DNA of 64,000 bases, taken from positions 19,061 to 83,060 of the forward strand of contig JANRKX010000083.1 in assembly GCA_033763255.1 (NCBI GenBank). The letters are read 5' to 3'. The position numbers were made by a program, and so were the translations under genes. The notes beneath the pieces are model-generated. The model searched no databases, had not been told where the DNA came from, and worked only from the letters and a program-made list of their open reading frames with translations. Below are positions 30,905 to 42,200 of this stretch, piece after piece; position 1 is the stretch's first letter, and each line of letters starts with the position of its first letter. The DNA is from Acidobacteriota bacterium. GTDB lineage: Bacteria > Acidobacteriota > Blastocatellia > RBC074.

Positions 30905-31521
30905 ACCAAACACTGACTACCAATTGGGACGGTGGCGTTTCGCCATTCGGCATCGGCCACAAAAAGCTGGGGATGTGGCTGTTCATACTTTCCGACTCGC
31001 TGACCTTCGGCGCGCTGTTGATGTGTTACGGCTACGTCCGCATTGCCAGCGAAGCCTGGGCCAAACCATTCACTTTTTCGCCGAGCATTATCTTTTCAAC
31101 GGTCATGACGTTTTGTTTGCTGACCAGCAGCTTGACGATGGTCATGGCTGTTGCGGCTTCGGCAAATGGCGAACGGGCGAAGATGGTCAAGTGGATTTTG
31201 GCGACGATGGTTGCTGGTTTGGCTTTCGTCGTGCTGCATCTGATCGAATGGCAGCATTTGATTGCCGAAGGTCTGCGCCCGTTCAGCGTTCCTGCCGAGT
31301 GGGGAGCAAACGCTTCGCCGATGTTTGGCGCGACGTTTTTCGCCATCACCGGATTGCACATGCTGCACGTGCTTTCGGGGGTGATTTATCTGGGAGTGAC
31401 AGCGGCTCGCAAACGAGCCACGCACGAAGATGTCGAAATCAGCGGCTTGTATTGGCACTTCGTTGACCTGGTGTGGATGTTTGTCTTTCCGCTGATTTAT
31501 TTGCTTTCAATCAAATACTGA
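30901..31521 (+). CDS. coxC: Cytochrome c oxidase subunit III (second paralog)
   Basis: ATGA overlap with previous stop; KKLGMWLFILSDSLTF, TGLHMLHV, GLYWHFVDLVW. Confidence 0.88.
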   Translation: MNQTLTTNWDGGVSPFGIGHKKLGMWLFILSDSLTFGALLMCYGYVRIASEAWAKPFTFSPSIIFSTVMTFCLLTSSLTMVMAVAASANGERAKMVKWILATMVAGLAFVVLHLIEWQHLIAEGLRPFSVPAEWGANASPMFGATFFAITGLHMLHVLSGVIYLGVTAARKRATHEDVEISGLYWHFVDLVWMFVFPLIYLLSIKY

Positions 31522-31557
31522 CCTGGGAGCGCAGGCGTCCCTGCCTGCGTCGAAGAT

Positions 31558-31851
31558 ATGGAAAACGTAACGACTCGAACTTATTCAATCGTCTGGCTGT
31601 GGCTGATTGTGTTGACCGCCATCGAAGTCTTTCTCGGCTACATTCACGTGCCGCTGGCGATGATGCTGGTCAGTGTGATTGGGCTTTCCATCGTCAAGGC
31701 CGTTTTGATTATGGCTTACTTCATGCACCTGAAATTCGAGCGGCTCAGCCTGATTCTGACCATCGTGCCTGCGATGGTCGTGTGCATTTCGCTTTTCCTG
31801 CTTTTCTTTCCCGACGGATTTCGCGCGTTTAGCTTGAAGGCTTTCAGGTAA
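31558..31851 (+). CDS. Cytochrome c oxidase subunit IV (CtaF/CyoD-like)
   Basis: Three TM helices, KAVLIMAYFMHLKFE. Confidence 0.88.
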   Translation: MENVTTRTYSIVWLWLIVLTAIEVFLGYIHVPLAMMLVSVIGLSIVKAVLIMAYFMHLKFERLSLILTIVPAMVVCISLFLLFFPDGFRAFSLKAFR

Positions 31852-31853
31852 AG

Positions 31854-31963
31854 TTTAGAGTGCGTGTGGCTCGCCACCGCTTTTGGTTCCTGGCAAAACA
31901 TTTCCGATGAACAAAATTCTCCGGTAAAGAATGCAAAGCTGCGTCAAGCCGCAGCACTCCAAA
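31854..31963. repeat. REP-like inverted repeat between convergent genes
   Basis: tttagagtgcg...ccgctttt / aaagctgcg...gcactccaaa. Confidence 0.55.
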
Positions 31964-31969
31964 TATCTT

Positions 31970-33043
31970 TCAATTCCCGATGTTGATCTGCGCGAAGTTT
32001 GAAACGAATCCCGCCGCCGAAACCACAATTGCCACTGTTCCCGCACCTCGCAAACTTTCCGGCAAACGTACATTGAGTTGATCTACTCCGGGCAAATTCG
32101 GATGCGCGCCGGAATACGTCACCTGACAAAGTTGCCCGCCGATTCGCACCTCCATTGCCGGTTGATCGCGCAATCCGGTTCCATACAACACCAGATAATT
32201 CGGCAGGCCGCCGACGGTCACGCTGACCGGCACAGCAATTCGGTTGTTGTCGTAAATGCGTTGATAGCTCCGTCCGTCCGCCGTTACCTGAGCCGCAGCG
32301 ACTCCGTTGCCGTTTGCCGTCGCTGTGAAAACGGCAGGATTCGGGCCGGTCAAGGCGCTGCCTTCGGTGCGTTCGCCGTTCGAGCCTAGAATCAGAACAC
32401 CGACGGCTCCGGCATTCACCTGCGGCATCAGAAAATTGATCTGGCCGGGCGAAACGTAAAACAACTCTGCCGGAGTGTTGTTCACCAGCACCTGAGTTCC
32501 AGCAAGGTTGGTCGGCAACGGCAAGCTGTTCGCCGAAGCCGTCGCCGAAGTCAGCGATTGGCCTTGCGCGGCGAAAATCGTTGCTATCGAATTCGACGCC
32601 ACAGGCGAATTGAACGAAGCCGAATTGACCATGTTCACCAGACTGCCTCCGCCCGTACACAGGTCGCAAGGTTTGGTGTGCGGCGGATTGCCGGTGGTGA
32701 CAACCTGGCAAGTTGCGCCGGATTTCATGACTTGTTTGATCGTATAAGTTGCGCCGAATCCGCAGCCGACTGGTTCTGAAAACGAAATGGCGCTGCCGGG
32801 AACCTGACCGACTTTTGCGCCGCCGCGATAAATTTCGTAACGGTCAATCAGTGAAATCGGATCGCGGTTCAACCAGCGCAAATTGATGTTGGCGCACGAC
32901 GACGGGTAGCCTTGAAACAGAGGCGGCGTGCAGGTGGATTGCGCCGCAACCGGTTCGGTCAGCGGGTTGGATTGAATCGGGAAAAGAGCCAGAAAAAACA
33001 GAAACGACAGCGGGATAAACAACAGAGCCTTTGCTTTGGACAT
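31970..33043 (-). CDS. Secreted protein with Cys-rich N-terminal domain and Solibacter-type C-terminal domain (TIGR03437-like)
   Basis: GGAGG + ATG 33043, signal peptide; VNSASF, LPTNLAG, LFYVSPGQINF, LVLYGTGL, GVDQLNV. Confidence 0.8.
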   Translation of the reverse strand: MSKAKALLFIPLSFLFFLALFPIQSNPLTEPVAAQSTCTPPLFQGYPSSCANINLRWLNRDPISLIDRYEIYRGGAKVGQVPGSAISFSEPVGCGFGATYTIKQVMKSGATCQVVTTGNPPHTKPCDLCTGGGSLVNMVNSASFNSPVASNSIATIFAAQGQSLTSATASANSLPLPTNLAGTQVLVNNTPAELFYVSPGQINFLMPQVNAGAVGVLILGSNGERTEGSALTGPNPAVFTATANGNGVAAAQVTADGRSYQRIYDNNRIAVPVSVTVGGLPNYLVLYGTGLRDQPAMEVRIGGQLCQVTYSGAHPNLPGVDQLNVRLPESLRGAGTVAIVVSAAGFVSNFAQINIGN

Positions 33044-33321
33044 ACTTCCTCCTAACCGCCGCGACTGAGAAAGCAGGCTCCAAAGCACCAGAGAGCACAC
33101 GTCAGCCTTCATCGCCGGGCAGCGAAAATCAGCTAGAGACCAGGATTGATAACAAAGGGGCGAAAGAGCGATGGGACGCTGAAAATGGGGAAGTTTGGAC
33201 GGGGCTGGAATTTCGTGGGCAATGAAATTCCCGGTGAGTCTGCAATGCAAAAGCGGGCGCAGTTTAATGTTCTGGCGCTGCCAATTCAATTGGAAAAGAT
33301 TACACGGTAGACTGCCAGCCG

Positions 33322-34290
33322 ATGAGGTACTCAATCGTCGTTCCGTTCCACAACGAAGAAGACAATTTGCCGGAGTTGTACCGCCGATTGAAGCGCGTGA
33401 TGGAAAGCCTGAATGATTACGAACTGGTGTTCGTGGACGACGGCAGCGATGATCGGACGCATCAATTGTTGCGCGAAATCTGCGATCTCAATCCGCGAGT
33501 CGTCGGCGTTCGGCTTCGGTGAAACTTCGGGCAGACGGCGGCGCTGGCTGCGGGTTTCAATCAAGCTGTCGGCAATGTCGTCATTGCAATGGACGGCGAC
33601 TTGCAACATCAGCCCGAAGACATTCCTCGATTTGTCGAAAAGCTCGACGAAGGTTTCGACGTGGTCAGCGGCTGGCGGCAAAATCGGCAGGGCGGATTTT
33701 GGCGAACGTTTCCTTCGCGCATTGCTAATCGGATGATGGCACTGGCTTCGGGCGTGGCAATTCATGATTTCGGTACTACGTTCAAAGCGTATCGCCGCGA
33801 AGTGTTGGAAAGCATTCCGATTTATGGCCAGATGCACCGGTTCATTCCGGCAATGGCCAGCATGGAAGGCGCGTTGATCGCCGAAATTCCCATTGAAGAC
33901 AAACCGCGCCTGAGCGGCAAATCGCATTACGGCATCTCGCGCACGTTTCGCGTGATGTTCGACATTCTGACCATTCGCTTCATCGTGAGGTATTTGTCGC
34001 GCCCGCTGCATTTTTTCGGCGGCATCGGCGCAGCAATGATTTCTGTCGCCGGAGTCTTGGCTGGTTGGCTGTTGTTGAAAAAACTGGTTTGGCGCGAAGC
34101 CATCTTCATCGAAAACGGCTCTATGCTGATTTTCGCGGCAGTGACTTTTCTGGGCGGCTTGCAGTTTTTGGGATTCGGCTTGCTGGGCGATTTGCTGGCG
34201 CGATTGTATTACGCGCCCGAACGGCGAGACATTTACAACGTGGCACGGGTTTACCGGGCCGAACGTCAGCGTATTCATCTGACAAAGTAA
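33322..34290 (+). pseudogene. Glycosyltransferase family 2 (ArnC/polyprenol-phosphate type) interrupted by one in-frame TGA
   Basis: SIVVPFHNEE, VDDGSDD, LR*NFGQTAAL (TGA 33520-33522), MDGDLQ, HRFIP, two C-terminal TM helices; both ORFs share a frame. Confidence 0.8.
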
Positions 34291-34303
34291 ATCATAAGAT
34301 TGG

Positions 34304-37300
34304 ATGGCTCGGTTGATGGCGCAAATCCTGATATTTAGCTTCCGGCATGGCTGCGGCTTGCTGTTGTTTTGCCTGATAGCGGCTGCTCCGGCGGTGGCGC
34401 AATACAGCCCCTATCGCTTTGACCACTGGACGACTGACAACGGGTTGCCGCAGAACACCGTGACCAGTGTCGTCGAGACCCGCGACGGTTATTTGTGGCT
34501 GACGACACTCGACGGGCTGGCGCGGTTTGACGGTGTGCGCTTCACCGTCTTCGATAAGAGCAATTCCAAAGGCATCACCAGCAACCGCTTTTTACGCCTG
34601 TACGAAGCTGAAGACGGGGCGCTGCTAATCGGGACTGAAGACAGCGGGTTGACCATTTACCTCAATGGTTTCTTCACCACTTACACGACCGCCGACGGCT
34701 TGCCGAGTAACCAGGTCTTGGAGATTTTCCCGGACTTCAATGGCGAGCCGGTGATTGCAACCTTGAAAGGCTCGGTCTATCTGCGCGGCGGCAAATTCAT
34801 CCCTGCGCCGCCGGAATATCAGAATCCGAAGCTGAAGCTGTATCTGGCTCCTTCCGGGGCGCGCGTGACGATTGACGCGAGCGGGGTGAAGCGAGTCAAA
34901 GACGGGCGCGAGACCGATTATCCAATCAAACTTGGCGCGAGCGATTTCTCTGTCTGGGTGATGCCTTACGAAGGCAGCCGGGGCAACCTCTGGATTCGTG
35001 AGGGAGCGAACCTCTACCTACTGCGCGACAGCACAGTCACATCTTTCCCCGGTGTGCCGCCGCTTCGTCCGATGTGTGAGGACGCTGACGGTGGCATCTG
35101 GTTTGGCAAGCCTGCTCTGGCGGGATATTCAGGAGATTTTCTGGCTCGTTTCAAAGATGGGCGCTTCACGTTTTTTGGCGAGGCCGACGGACTGCTCAAA
35201 GCTTCGATCCGTTCCATCATCCGTGATCGGGAAGACTCGCTGTGGCTGGCCACGACGCGCGGGCTGTATCGCGCGCGCAAACGGCTGACGACGGCCTATT
35301 CGACCGAAAGCGGCCTGCCGAGCCACGAAGTCTACCCGTTGGCGCAATCCCGCGACGGCCAGGTCTGGATCGGGACAACGCTGGGGCTGAGCCGGGGCGA
35401 ACTGAGAGATGGTCGCGTCGAAAGTTTCTCGCCACTCCTGCCCGGCGCTAACGTTCAGGCGCTATGGGAGGACGCAACCGGAAGGATGTGGATCGGCATT
35501 GAAGGTGGCTTGCGTCGCTATGAAAACGGGAAAATTCAAAACCTCCCAGTAAAGGCGGCTATCTATGGCATGACATCAGACCGCGACGGCAAGTACTGGG
35601 TCGCTTCCAGCCAGGGATTGTTCAAATTCGACGACGACAAAGTGATCGCTCATTACACGACGAAAAACGGATTGCCGAGCAATGACGTGAAGACTCTTCA
35701 TCAAGATCGGCACGGCACGCTCTGGTTCGGGACTTACGGCGGATTGGTCGCGCTCAAAGACGGCAGGTTCATCTCCTACACGGCGGCGGATGGGTTGGCG
35801 GGCAATCGGGTGCGGGCGATTTATGAAGACGCGGACGGAACGCTTTGGATTGGGACGTATGACGACGGATTGAGTCGGCTGCGCGACGGCAAGTTTTTCA
35901 ACTATCGAACAGAGCAGGGGCTTTACAACAACGGCGTCTTTCAGATTCTGGAAGACCGGCGCGGCAATTTCTGGATCGGTTGCAACAAAGGCATCTACCG
36001 CGTCAGCCGTCACGAATTGAATGAGTTGGCCGAAGGGCGTCTTACGCGCGTGAGCAGTGCCGCGTTCGGCAAACAGGATGGAATGCTCAACACCGAATGC
36101 AACGGCGGGCGACAAGCGGCGGGCTTTGTCGCGCAAGACGGCAAGCTCTGGTTTCCGACGATGGGCGGTGTGGTGGTGATTGATTCCGAAGCCGCGCCCG
36201 TCAATCCGCTGCCGCCGCCCGTGAAGATCGAAGCGGTCACGCTCGAACGCGGCCCGGTGGATTTCAGCTTTCAGCTTTCAGACAGAGGGGGCGTGACCAT
36301 CGCGCCGGGCCAACGCGATCTTGAGATACGTTACACGGGATTGAGTTTCATCCGGTCAGAGCAGGTCAAATTCAAATACAAGCTGGAAGGCTTGGACACG
36401 GATTGGGTGGATGTGGGAACGCGGCGGGTAGTTTATTTCCCGTATCTTTCGCCTGGCAGTTACACCTTTCGAATCAGCGCAGCCAACAGCGACGGCGTCT
36501 GGAACGACGCGGGCGCAAGCCTTCGCGTCGTGGTCGAGCCGCCGTTCTGGCGCAGATGGTGGTTCATCACGCTGGCTTCGCTCAGCGTCGTCGGTACGGT
36601 CATGCTGATTTTCCGGCAGCGCGTCGCTCGCTTGCGACAGGCGCACGCGGCGCAGGAAGCGTTCTCGCGCCAGTTGCTCGATTCGCAGGAGCAGGAACGC
36701 CAGCGCATCGCTGCCGAATTGCACGACAGCCTGGGACAGAGCCTGCTCATCATCAAAAATCGCAGCTTTCTCGCGCTCGATTCCTTCGACGACACAGAAG
36801 CCGCGCGTGAGCAAGTAGAAGAAATTTCCGAAGCCAGCGCCCACGCGATTGAAGAAGTGCGCGAGATCGCCTACAACCTGCGCCCGTACAAAATGGAACG
36901 CTTCGGCCTGACCAAAACGCTTCAGGCCATGTGCCAGCAAGCCGCACGCACTTCGGGCATCCGTTTCGATACCGCGTTGCAAAACATTGACGGACTGTTT
37001 CCGAACGAAGCCGAATTGAACCTTTATCGCGTCGTGCAGGAAAGCGTCAACAACATCCTCAAGCATTCGCGCGCGACCGAGGCGAAGTTGACGATTGAAC
37101 GCGACGAACGCGAGGTGCGAATGAAAATCGAAGACAACGGCCAGGGCTTTTCGGTGGCAGATTCTCAGAAGACACGACACAATCCGCAATCCGGTGGGTT
37201 TGGGTTGATTGGCATGGCCGAGCGAGTGCGATTGCTGGGCGGCGCATACACACTTGATTCCGCGCCGGAGCAGGGCACAACGATTACCGTCAAACTGACG

Positions 37301-37312
37301 ATTCCCGATTAG
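34304..37312 (+). CDS. Sensor histidine kinase with two-component-regulator propeller repeats, Y_Y_Y domain, HisKA_3 and HATPase
   Basis: GLPQNTV..DGYLWL repeats, ECNGG, YTFRISAANSDGVW, PPFW, ERQRIAAELHDSLGQ, DNGQGF, GFGLIGM. Confidence 0.93.
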   Translation: MARLMAQILIFSFRHGCGLLLFCLIAAAPAVAQYSPYRFDHWTTDNGLPQNTVTSVVETRDGYLWLTTLDGLARFDGVRFTVFDKSNSKGITSNRFLRLYEAEDGALLIGTEDSGLTIYLNGFFTTYTTADGLPSNQVLEIFPDFNGEPVIATLKGSVYLRGGKFIPAPPEYQNPKLKLYLAPSGARVTIDASGVKRVKDGRETDYPIKLGASDFSVWVMPYEGSRGNLWIREGANLYLLRDSTVTSFPGVPPLRPMCEDADGGIWFGKPALAGYSGDFLARFKDGRFTFFGEADGLLKASIRSIIRDREDSLWLATTRGLYRARKRLTTAYSTESGLPSHEVYPLAQSRDGQVWIGTTLGLSRGELRDGRVESFSPLLPGANVQALWEDATGRMWIGIEGGLRRYENGKIQNLPVKAAIYGMTSDRDGKYWVASSQGLFKFDDDKVIAHYTTKNGLPSNDVKTLHQDRHGTLWFGTYGGLVALKDGRFISYTAADGLAGNRVRAIYEDADGTLWIGTYDDGLSRLRDGKFFNYRTEQGLYNNGVFQILEDRRGNFWIGCNKGIYRVSRHELNELAEGRLTRVSSAAFGKQDGMLNTECNGGRQAAGFVAQDGKLWFPTMGGVVVIDSEAAPVNPLPPPVKIEAVTLERGPVDFSFQLSDRGGVTIAPGQRDLEIRYTGLSFIRSEQVKFKYKLEGLDTDWVDVGTRRVVYFPYLSPGSYTFRISAANSDGVWNDAGASLRVVVEPPFWRRWWFITLASLSVVGTVMLIFRQRVARLRQAHAAQEAFSRQLLDSQEQERQRIAAELHDSLGQSLLIIKNRSFLALDSFDDTEAAREQVEEISEASAHAIEEVREIAYNLRPYKMERFGLTKTLQAMCQQAARTSGIRFDTALQNIDGLFPNEAELNLYRVVQESVNNILKHSRATEAKLTIERDEREVRMKIEDNGQGFSVADSQKTRHNPQSGGFGLIGMAERVRLLGGAYTLDSAPEQGTTITVKLTIPD

Positions 37313-37375
37313 GTACGCACGCGCCATCGCGTGCGAATTTCCGACAAAGACCGCACGCGGGGGCACGTGCGTACC
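37312..37375. repeat. REP-like inverted repeat
   Basis: ggtacgcacgcgcc..cgcgtgcg ... cgcacgcg..ggcacgtgcgtacc. Confidence 0.6.
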
Positions 37376-37386
37376 CAAGAAAGCGT

Positions 37387-38040
37387 ATGAAAGACGAAAT
37401 TCGCATTCTGATTGCCGACGACCATCCGATCTTTCGCCAGGGCTTGCGCCAGGTCATCGAACGCGATCCGCGCTTGCGCGTCATCGCCGAAGCCGAAGAT
37501 GGCGAAGCGGCGCTCGAACAGATTGAAACCTTGCAGCCGAACATCGCGCTGCTTGATCTGGACATGCCGGAACTGGATGGTTTCGCGGTGGCGCGCCGCG
37601 TGCGCGAAGCGGGTTGGCCGGTGACGATTGTCTTTCTGACCATGCACAAAGACGAGCTGCACTTCAACGAGGCGCTTGATTTGGGCGCGAAAGGTTATGT
37701 GGTCAAAGACAGCGCGGCGGCGGATGTGGTCAATTGCCTGAAGACCGTCGCCGCCGGACAGAACTACATTAGCCCTTCGCTTTCCACCTTGTTGCTCAGC
37801 CGCCATCAGCGCACTTCGACCCTGCTCGGCCAGCCCGGCTTGCAGGATTTGACCGCCACCGAACGCCGTGTCCTGGCCTTGCTGGCTGATTACAAAACCA
37901 GTAAACAGATCGCCGATGAACTAGGTGTCAGCGTCCGCACCATCGAAAACCATCGCGCTCATATCTGTCAGAAACTTGATCTGCACGGCAGCCACGCGCT
38001 GGTCAAATTCGCCATCCAGCACAAATCCGAATTGGCCTGA
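37387..38040 (+). CDS. NarL/FixJ-family response regulator (REC + LuxR HTH)
   Basis: IADDHP, LDLDMP, LTATERRVL..SKQIADELGVSVRTIENHR. Confidence 0.93.
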   Translation: MKDEIRILIADDHPIFRQGLRQVIERDPRLRVIAEAEDGEAALEQIETLQPNIALLDLDMPELDGFAVARRVREAGWPVTIVFLTMHKDELHFNEALDLGAKGYVVKDSAAADVVNCLKTVAAGQNYISPSLSTLLLSRHQRTSTLLGQPGLQDLTATERRVLALLADYKTSKQIADELGVSVRTIENHRAHICQKLDLHGSHALVKFAIQHKSELA

Positions 38041-38098
38041 GTAGAACTACTCAGCAAATTGAGCAGGACTACTTACGCGAAATGAGCAATCTTGCTCG
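38038..38098. promoter_or_regulatory. Three tandem 7-2-7 inverted-repeat boxes, probable NarL-family operator
   Basis: TGAGTAG-aa-CTACTCA (38038), TGAGCAG-ga-CTACTTA (38060), TGAGCAA-tc-TTGCTCG (38083). Confidence 0.65.
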
Positions 38099-38205
38099 CG
38101 CCACAGCCTCAGTCTTTCCCGCACAATCCCGCCCGTCGTTGGAAGAAACGCTTCCCGGCAAACAACCCGATAAACGCAGTTACCTACCAGCAAAGGAGAC
38201 AACTC

Positions 38206-38841
38206 ATGGCAATCAGATTGGGCGACGAAGCGCCGAACTTTCAGGCGGCAACCACTGAAGGCGAGATCAGCTTTTACGATTGGATGGGCAACGGCTGGGC
38301 CGTGCTCTTTTCGCACCCGAAGGATTTCACGCCCGTTTGCACCACCGAACTCGGCGAATGCGCGCGGCTCAAGCCGGAGTTCGAGCGGCGCGGCGTCAAG
38401 GTCATAGGTCTCAGCGTTGATCCGCTGGACTCGCACAAAGGTTGGGCTGCCGACATTGCTGAAACGCAAGGGCATGCTTTGAACTTCCCTGTCATCGCCG
38501 ACGCCGACCGCAAGGTTTCTGACCTGTACGGAATGATCCATCCGAACGCCAGCGATACTTTCACCGTGCGCTCGGTGTTCATCATCGGCCCGGACAAGAA
38601 GGTCAAATTGACGCTGACTTATCCGGCCAGCACCGGGCGCAACTTCGCGGAGATTTTGCGCGTGATTGATTCTCTGCAATTGACCGCGAAATACAGCGTG
38701 GCCACACCGGTCAACTGGAAGGATGGCGACGATTGCATCATCGTCCCTGCGGTCAGCGACGAAGCAGCCAAAGAGAAATTCCCCGGCGGTTGGAAGACCA
38801 TCAAACCTTACCTGCGCATTGTCCCTCAGCCGAACAAGTAG
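38206..38841 (+). CDS. 1-Cys peroxiredoxin (Prx6 family)
   Basis: AAGGAG + ATG 38206; FSHPKDFTPVCTTE, YPASTGRNF, TPVNWK. Confidence 0.93.
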   Translation: MAIRLGDEAPNFQAATTEGEISFYDWMGNGWAVLFSHPKDFTPVCTTELGECARLKPEFERRGVKVIGLSVDPLDSHKGWAADIAETQGHALNFPVIADADRKVSDLYGMIHPNASDTFTVRSVFIIGPDKKVKLTLTYPASTGRNFAEILRVIDSLQLTAKYSVATPVNWKDGDDCIIVPAVSDEAAKEKFPGGWKTIKPYLRIVPQPNK

Positions 38842-38895
38842 CCAACGGCACAAAGCAAGCGGCGTGTTCGAGCGTCCACTGAAGGAGCACGAAAG

Positions 38896-39261
38896 ATGAT
38901 GAAAGTCTTGATCGTGGATGACAACGCGGAGATGCGCCGCCTGCTGCGCGGTTTTGTCGCGCGGCTGGCCGAAGCTGTCTACGAATGCGAAGACGGCGCG
39001 CAGGTCGTTGAAGTTTATGCCGCCGAACAACTGACCGCCGCCGATTGGGTCTTGATGGACATTGAAATGCCGCGCGTGGACGGTCTGGAAGCGACGCGGC
39101 AGTTGAAAAGTCATTGGCCGGACGCGCGCGTCTGTCTAGTCACTGGCCACGACTTGCCGGAATGGCGCGAAGCCGCGGTGTCGGTGGGCGCTTCCGGTTA
39201 CGTGTTGAAAGAAGAACTGCATACCGTGCGCGGACTGTTGCGCGCACAGGAGAAACTGTAA
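38896..39261 (+). CDS. Stand-alone response regulator receiver protein
   Basis: LIVDD, LMDIEMPRVDG, GYVLK; no output domain. Confidence 0.88.
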   Translation: MMKVLIVDDNAEMRRLLRGFVARLAEAVYECEDGAQVVEVYAAEQLTAADWVLMDIEMPRVDGLEATRQLKSHWPDARVCLVTGHDLPEWREAAVSVGASGYVLKEELHTVRGLLRAQEKL

Positions 39262-42200
39262 TGAGAACAGCAAACACAAAACGATTTCGCATTATCTGCC
39301 TGGCGCTACTCGTGGCGATGGGTCTGTCGTTGGCGCTGACGATGAAATCGAGTCGGGCTTCGGCGGCGGCCAATCTCAATGCGGCGCGACAACTCAGCTT
39401 TGATGAGCGCGTGGCTTACCAGCGCGCGATTGAGGAAGTTTACTGGCGAGGCCGCATCTGGCCCGCCGCCAATGCGCAGCCCAAGCCATCGCTTGACGCC
39501 GTGATGCCGTCTGCGAAGATCAAAGCGAGGGTCGCCGACTACCTGCGCAAGTCGCAGGCATTGGAAGAGCACTGGCAGCGCCCGATTACTGCCGAGCAGT
39601 TGCAGGCCGAGATGGATCGCATGGCCAAAGAAACCAGGCAGCCTGAAGTCTTGCGCGAGCTTCACCGGGCGCTCGGCAACGACCCGCTGGTGATCGCCGA
39701 GTGTCTGGCGCGGCCTGCGCTGGTCGAGCGGTTGATCCGCAACTGGTACGCTCACGACGAACGCTTCCACGGCGAACTCAAAGACCGAGCCGAGCGGGAA
39801 CTGCTGACGCACAGCGCCGCGCATCAACTGCGGCAGACCAGCGGCGAATACTCCCAAATCGAGTGGGCGCTGAACGAGCGCGCGGAATCCCGCCAGCGTG
39901 GTGCCGAAGCAAAAGCCGTGACGATGAACGCCGAGGAGTGGCAGACCGAGACGCGGCAATTCGGCCAGTTGCGCGAGGACGAGGCGAGGTTTTACGTGAC
40001 TGTGGCGCTGGAGCAAGGAAAAGATCGGATGAAGGTGGCCGTGATTGAATGGCGCAAGGAACCGTTCGAGCAGTGGTGGGCGAAGGTCGGAGGACAGATG
40101 GAGATGGCGCAAGCGGCGACCGGGCACGAGTACCGGCTTCAGGCCATCTCAGCCGCGGCCAGTGCGTGTGCCGACGACACGTGGGCGACTCTCACCGCCG
40201 TGCCCAGTGCGCGAGAACGCCACACCGCCGTCTGGACTGGCAGCGAGATGATCGTCTGGGGCGGGAGCGATGAGAACGGCAGGGCCAACACCGGAGGCCG
40301 TTACAACCCAGCCACCAACACCTGGACGGCCACCAGCCGCGTCGGCGCGCCCACCGCGCGCAACGAGCACACCGCCGTCTGGACAGGCAGCGAGATGATT
40401 GTCTGGGGCGGATATGCCGGTGGCGATTCCAACACCGGAGGCCGCTACAATCCGGCCAGCGACACCTGGGGCGCTACCTCTACCGCTGGCGCGCCCGCGG
40501 CGCGCAACGAACACAGCGCCGTCTGGACTGGCAGCGAGATGATTGTCTGGGGTGGGTATGACTCGCTCATCAACGACAGTTTGAACACCGGGGGCCGCTA
40601 CAATCCGGTTACGGACAGTTGGAGCACCACCAGTCTCACAAATGCTCCGGTCAGGCGCTATCGTCACACTGTCGTCTGGACGGGTAATGAAATGATCGTC
40701 TGGGCCGGTAATGTCGCCACAGTCGGTGTTCTCAACACCGGGGGACGGTACAATCCGGCCACCGACACCTGGACTCCGACCAGCCTCACCAATGCCCCCA
40801 CCGGGCGAGATGGACACACCGCCGTCTGGACGGGCAGCGTGATGATCGTCTGGGGCGGACTTGACGGCAGCGGAGTGGCAGACACCGGAGGCCGCTACAA
40901 TCCGGCCACCAACACCTGGGCGGTGACAAGCCCCATCGCCCCACCCACCGCGCGACACCGCCACACCGCCGTCTGGACTGGCAGCGAGATGATCGTCTGG
41001 GGCGGACGAAATTTACTCAACAACTTTTTCAACACCGGGGGCCGCTACAATCCGGCCAGTAACAGTTGGAGCGCCGCCAACACCGTTGGTTCGCCCACTG
41101 CGCGAATCCGACACACCGCTGTCTGGACGGGCAGTGAGATGATCATCTGGGGCGGGCAAGATTCACTCTTCAACACTTTCGACACTGGGAGCCGCTACAA
41201 TCCGAGCACGAACAATTGGACTGCGACCAGCGTCGCTGGCGTGCCCACCGCACGCGACCGCCACACCGCCGTCTGGACGGGTAGCGAGATGATTGTCTGG
41301 GGCGGAAACGTCGGCTCCGGCGTCCAGGTCAACACCGGAGGCCGGTACAATCCAGCCATCGCCAGTTGGACGCCGACCACCATAATCGGTGCTCCCGCTG
41401 CGCGAGACCGCCACACCGCCGTCTGGACCGGCAGTGAGATGATCGTCTGGGGTGGGTGGGACGCACTAGGCAACCTCTTCAACACCGGGGGCCGCTACAA
41501 TCCGGCCAGTAACAGTTGGAGCGCCGCAAACGCCGTTGGCGCGCCCACTGGGCGAATTGAGCACACCGCCGTGTGGACGGGCAGCGAGATGATCGTCTGG
41601 AGCGGAAACGTAGACAGTGGCGGCGGAGACACCGGAGGCCGCTACAATCCGGCCAGTAACAGTTGGAGCGCCACCGCTACCGTTGGCGCGCCCACTGCAA
41701 GAGAGCGCCACACCGCCGTCTGGACGGGCAACGAGATGATCGTTTGGGGCGGACAGGAATATGGCGCCAGCGACCCGACCAACACCGGGGGCCGCTACAA
41801 TCCGGCCAATAACAGTTGGAGCGCCACTAACGCCGTTGGCGCTCCTGACGGGCGCGACCACCACACCGCCGTCTGGGCGGGCAGCGAGATGATCGTCTGG
41901 GGCGGAGAGGGAACCAGCAGTATTAAAATCAACACCGGAGGTCGCTACAATCCGGCCAGCGACAGTTGGAGCGCCACGACTACTGCTGGCGCGCCCGCTG
42001 GGCGAATTGAGCACACCGCCGTCTGGACGGGCAGCGAGATGATCGTCTGGGGCGGATCGTCCAATAGCTCTTTCAACAGCGGGGGCCGGTACAATCCGGC
42101 CAGTAACAGTTGGAGCGCCACCAGCCTGATTGACGCTCCGGCTGAGCGCAGGGTTCACACCGCTGTCTGGACGGGCAGCGAGATGATCGTCTGGGGCGGA

